Source of the DNA: an uncultured Candidatus Saccharibacteria bacterium
Lineage (GTDB): Bacteria; Patescibacteriota; Minisyncoccia; Phycocordibacterales; UBA918
Direction of reading: 5' to 3'
Length of the DNA stretch: 44,585 bases
Assembly (NCBI GenBank): GCA_964425655.1
Contig: CAYRMU010000002.1
Location: 1 to 44,585, forward strand
Of this stretch, positions 41,088-44,585 are shown one piece after another. Each line of letters begins with the position of its first letter. Positions within the stretch are counted from its first letter, which is position 1. The position numbers were made by a program, and so were the translations under genes. A model generated the notes under the pieces. The model saw only the letters and a program-made list of their open reading frames with translations. It was not told the origin of the DNA and searched no databases.

Positions 41088-41570
41088 CTATTCTACTAGA
41101 CCGCTGGCATAAATTGTAATCGTTGTCGTTGCACTACTACGCGCATCAATCACGTCGATGGTACCTGACACATCTGGAATACCACTAATCCGAGCAAAAA
41201 TGACGCTGGTTGCTGCACCAGTGAGTGACGGATCAATCACAATCCCGCTCGGGAAGGCAATAATCTGGTTTGCTGCACTGCCAGGCGTCACACTCGCACC
41301 GCTAAAGTACTCAATGGTTGATGTCCCAATGTAGACACCGTAGGTCGTCTCTTCGAGCGATGCGATTGATTTACTGCGCGCTTCAGTGAGCCCACTCTTT
41401 AACTCAGCCACAATCTGCGCATGCTGCTGACGTGCGCCATAGCGAGAAATTCCAGCTAGTGAGATGGCTGCCATAATCGCAATGACGGCGAACACTACTA
41501 GTATCTCGACAAACGTGAAGCCACCTATGCTTGCTCCGCCGTTCCGCTCTATGCGAAAAGATTGGTACAT
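41088..41570 (-). CDS. Type IV pilin-like (prepilin-type N-terminal) protein, first after pilC
   Basis: I set the start at the ATG at 41570 (MYQSFRIERNGGASIGG|FTFVEILVVFAVIAIM), 4 nt after the pilC stop. The longer track ORF would overlap pilC. Confidence 0.8.
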   Translation of the reverse strand: MYQSFRIERNGGASIGGFTFVEILVVFAVIAIMAAISLAGISRYGARQQHAQIVAELKSGLTEARSKSIASLEETTYGVYIGTSTIEYFSGASVTPGSAANQIIAFPSGIVIDPSLTGAATSVIFARISGIPDVSGTIDVIDARSSATTTITIYASGLVE

Positions 41571-41574
41571 AGTA

Positions 41575-42801
41575 TTAGATACTGTCGCCGATTGAGTAAA
41601 TTGGCGCAATCATCGCAAGGGCAAAGAAACCAACCGTACCGCCAATAACGACCATCAAGAGTGGTTCAATAATAGTTGAAAGGTCTTTCGTCTTCTGCTC
41701 AACTTCATTTTCATAAAATGTGGCCAACTGCTCAAGCATTTGGGCAATGTTACCCGTTTCCTCACCCACAAGAATCATCTCTCCTACGAGAATTGGGTAC
41801 AAATCATCACGCTCCATAAAAATACCGGAAAGAGGATCGCCCTTCTCAACTCGTTTTGATGCCTCAGCAATAATCTGCCGGTAGTAGTAATTCTGTACTA
41901 CTTCACCAGTAATTTGGAGTGCTCGAAGCACATCAACCCCTGAAGCCAAGAGTGAAGAGAGGGTACGAGCGGTGCGGGCAGCGTTCGTCTCTTTTGCCAT
42001 TTTGCCGATAACGGGCAACCGTGGAAACAGCCATGACGTCATGCGCTTCCCTACCGCCGTCCGTAAAAACATCCCAGCGCCAACCACTGAACCAATGAGT
42101 GCACCGATTGTCAGCAGCGTGTTGTTCGCCATAAACTTACTCGTCGCCATCAAAACTTTTGTGGTTGGCGGAAGTTCGGTGCCAAGACTTTCAAACGTAC
42201 CGGTGATTGACGGCATTACGTAAATCATCATCAAAATACCGATAATCACCAAGATGGTAATAACGATAGCAGGGTAAATCATTGCCCCTTTAATTTTTTT
42301 GCGGAGACTCGATGAACGCTCCATCTGCACACTCAACGTCTGGAGTGTTGCGGCCATACCGCCACTCTCAGCCCCAGCTCGCACCATCGCAACGTACAAA
42401 TCATCAAACACTTTCGGGTACTTACCGAGCGCATCAGCAAACGGTTCACCCTTGTTAATTCGCTCAATTACGTCGCGCATAATACCCTTGAGGCGCGGAT
42501 TTTTACTCTGGCGCTCAATAACGTTGAGCGCCCGGGACAACGGCAAGCCAGCCACGAGCATTGACCCGAGGTTACGCGTCAGCATCACGAGCTCATCTTC
42601 TTTGACGCGACTAATGGCGTACTCGAGCTTTTCAACATTAAGGATTCCTTTAATATCGAACTTTCGTTTCTCTCCAATGGATTCAACAGTATGCCCTGAC
42701 TGTCGTGCAATTTCGTACACGGCGAAGCGGTCACTTGCGGTAACCACTTCCGTTACTGCATGACCATCACGATCTTGTCCGACATAGGTGAATTTTGGCA
42801 T
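41575..42801 (-). CDS. pilC: Type IV pilus / T2SS platform protein PilC/GspF family
   Basis: 408-aa ORF with the duplicated GspF-type cytoplasmic-domain plus TM architecture. It lies directly downstream of the ATPase. Confidence 0.88.
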   Translation of the reverse strand: MPKFTYVGQDRDGHAVTEVVTASDRFAVYEIARQSGHTVESIGEKRKFDIKGILNVEKLEYAISRVKEDELVMLTRNLGSMLVAGLPLSRALNVIERQSKNPRLKGIMRDVIERINKGEPFADALGKYPKVFDDLYVAMVRAGAESGGMAATLQTLSVQMERSSSLRKKIKGAMIYPAIVITILVIIGILMMIYVMPSITGTFESLGTELPPTTKVLMATSKFMANNTLLTIGALIGSVVGAGMFLRTAVGKRMTSWLFPRLPVIGKMAKETNAARTARTLSSLLASGVDVLRALQITGEVVQNYYYRQIIAEASKRVEKGDPLSGIFMERDDLYPILVGEMILVGEETGNIAQMLEQLATFYENEVEQKTKDLSTIIEPLLMVVIGGTVGFFALAMIAPIYSIGDSI

Positions 42802-42809
42802 AGGTTTGA

Positions 42810-44561
42810 TTACTCACTAACAACACGTAGTACCTCCTCAATCGTGGTGACACCCCGCGAGGCTTTATAAATCCCGTCTTCGAGCATGGTCAACATTCCT
42901 TCACGGCGCGCCTGTTCTTCAATTTGATCAATCGTACCGTTTGCCATGATAAGTTCCTTAATTGCTGCGGTTACCGGGAGTACTTCATGGATACCCGTTC
43001 GCCCCTGATAGGCATCCTCGCCAGCTTCAGGTTTGGTATGTTGAAACGGAATTGCGTTCCAACTAGCCGTATCTTTGACCACCTTCTCTTCTTTTAAAGT
43101 ATCGAGAATTTTCTCAAGGTCGGCATGCTTCATGAGCTGGGTCCGCTCATCGACCGTCAATGTGTACGGCTCCTGATGCTCAGGATTAATCTGGCGCACC
43201 AGACGCTGCCCAATTGCAACGCGCAGGGTTGAAGTCAGCAAAAACGGCTCAATACCCATATCAATCAAGCGCGAAACTGAGCCGGCGGCTGAGTTAGTGT
43301 GAAGCGTGGCAAGCACCAAGTGTCCGGTAAGGGCTGCGTTAATCGCGAGACTTGCTGTCTCTTCGTCACGGATTTCTCCCACCATGATAATGTCGGGGTC
43401 TTGGCGCATAAGTGAGCGGAGTCCAGCCGCGAAGGTAAAACCAATTTCTGGCTTCACTTGCGTCTGATTAATGCGTGGCATCTGGTACTCAATCGGGTCT
43501 TCAATTGTCGAAATATTAACCTCGGGCGTATTCAAGAGGTCGAGAATCGTGTACAGCGTAGTAGTCTTACCCGAACCTGTCGGACCAGTGACCAGAATAA
43601 TACCAGTCTTCTGGCGCATCGCTTCTTGGATACGCTCGGCAGTTTCCCCGTGAAAGCCAATACCTTCAAGGGTGAAGCCCGAACGATTCTCACGCAAGAG
43701 ACGCATCACGATTTTTTCTCCGTAGAAAATTGGCAGAACTGAAACGCGGAAAGAAACTTTTTGACCATCCATCTCCATTTTAAAGCGGCCGTCTTGTGGC
43801 AAGCGCTTCTCATCGAGCTTGAGGTTTGAAAGTACCTTAATACGCGCAGCAATTGTTGACGCAGCATGCTTTGGAAGCGTCATTGCATCGTGCAAGATAC
43901 CGTCAATACGGTACCGCACGAGGAGCGACTCTTCCATTGGTTCAATATGAATATCAGACGCCCCTTGAATAATCGCGTGACGCAAGAGCGTATCCACGAT
44001 ACGCACAACCGGCAGGTCTTCAGCCATCTTTTTGAGATCAGCCTCAGTTACCTCTTCGCCTGACGCATCGGCCACAAGCTTAAGAGCCGAGCTTTCCTTG
44101 GAGATAATGTCACCGAATTCATCCTTGAGTGTCTTCTGGTACTGCTGCAGAGCAGTTCTCATTGACTCGGTGTCGGTCAATCGCGGCAAAATCTTAAGCT
44201 CTGTCTTCTTTTTAATGAAGTCAATCGCTGGTAAGTCGGCGGTGTCGAGCATTGCCACTTCAAGCGTGCCGTCCCCTTTCTTAAAGGCGACAATGTTGTG
44301 ATTACGCGCAACCGGCTCAGGAATGAGGGAGAGAATCGCAAAATCAATCTTTTCGTCCTTGAGAGAGACGAACGGAATTCCGAGTACGTATGACTCAACT
44401 CGACGCAAGTCATCTTCAGTCATGTGTCCACCCGCAATAAGCGCTTCAGCTAGGGTGCGCTTTTCATCTTTCGCAATTTTCTCCGCCGTCGCTAAATCAC
44501 CTTTTGGCACAAGCCCAGCATCAAGCACAAAGCGGCGCAATTGTTCATCTTGAATACGCAT
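42810..44561 (-). CDS. pilB: Type IV pilus assembly ATPase PilB/GspE family (cysteine-free)
   Basis: 583-aa ORF. It has an N-terminal T2SSE_N-like domain, Walker A GPTGSGKTTT, the Asp box, Walker B IIMVGEIRD and the His box ATLHTN. The translation contains no Cys residue. Confidence 0.92.
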   Translation of the reverse strand: MRIQDEQLRRFVLDAGLVPKGDLATAEKIAKDEKRTLAEALIAGGHMTEDDLRRVESYVLGIPFVSLKDEKIDFAILSLIPEPVARNHNIVAFKKGDGTLEVAMLDTADLPAIDFIKKKTELKILPRLTDTESMRTALQQYQKTLKDEFGDIISKESSALKLVADASGEEVTEADLKKMAEDLPVVRIVDTLLRHAIIQGASDIHIEPMEESLLVRYRIDGILHDAMTLPKHAASTIAARIKVLSNLKLDEKRLPQDGRFKMEMDGQKVSFRVSVLPIFYGEKIVMRLLRENRSGFTLEGIGFHGETAERIQEAMRQKTGIILVTGPTGSGKTTTLYTILDLLNTPEVNISTIEDPIEYQMPRINQTQVKPEIGFTFAAGLRSLMRQDPDIIMVGEIRDEETASLAINAALTGHLVLATLHTNSAAGSVSRLIDMGIEPFLLTSTLRVAIGQRLVRQINPEHQEPYTLTVDERTQLMKHADLEKILDTLKEEKVVKDTASWNAIPFQHTKPEAGEDAYQGRTGIHEVLPVTAAIKELIMANGTIDQIEEQARREGMLTMLEDGIYKASRGVTTIEEVLRVVSE

Positions 44562-44585
44562 AGAAACACAAGACCTCCGTCTTTA

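Noticed and set aside
1-44585. Search by eye for CRISPR arrays, tandem repeats, tRNA/rRNA genes, transposases or integrases
   Set aside because: I found no regularly spaced direct repeats, no T-loop or acceptor-like tRNA signatures in the intergenic regions, no rRNA-like stretches, and no ORF with integrase or transposase motifs.

Overview
The window looks like a chromosome segment from a small-genome, Patescibacteria/CPR-like (Parcubacteria-type) bacterium. That assignment is inferred from gene content and protein style only; no search was run. Almost all genes are on the minus strand. Three themes stand out. (1) The str/S10/spc ribosomal-protein supercluster (rpsL, rpsG, fusA, tuf, rpsJ, rplC-D-W-B, rpsS through rplE) is present but fragmented and permuted. 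The tuf-rpsJ and rplCDWB blocks are swapped. About 11 kb of accessory genes separates rpsG from fusA. The cluster stops after rplE. Every breakpoint carries inserted genes for secreted proteins; two junctions carry a three-member cysteine-rich modular paralog family that I cannot assign to any characterised family, which is my best candidate for an undescribed system, and the third carries an unrelated Cys-rich repeat protein. (2) The 16.7-27.7 kb accessory stretch holds independently terminated single-gene units: a Kazal-like secreted protein, an ABC-F ATPase, a GC3-rich orphan cassette, a 47-aa Lys/Ala-rich micro-protein missing from the ORF track, a GH15-like hydrolase, an SRPBCC protein, a P-loop-CYTH fusion and a YqhA homolog. 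(3) The 30-44.6 kb stretch is a DNA-uptake and processing neighbourhood. It holds a compact type IV pilus module (Cys-free PilB, PilC, three prepilin-like genes, a large PilX_N-like protein), pgk-tpiA, a HIT protein, recJ, rnhA, and a ComEC split into two genes by an opposite-strand SOD-like gene. Many genes appear to be leaderless, with a -10 box 6-9 nt from the ATG, often directly after the upstream terminator. I saw no rRNA, tRNA, CRISPR array or obvious mobile element. All family calls are made by eye from motifs.
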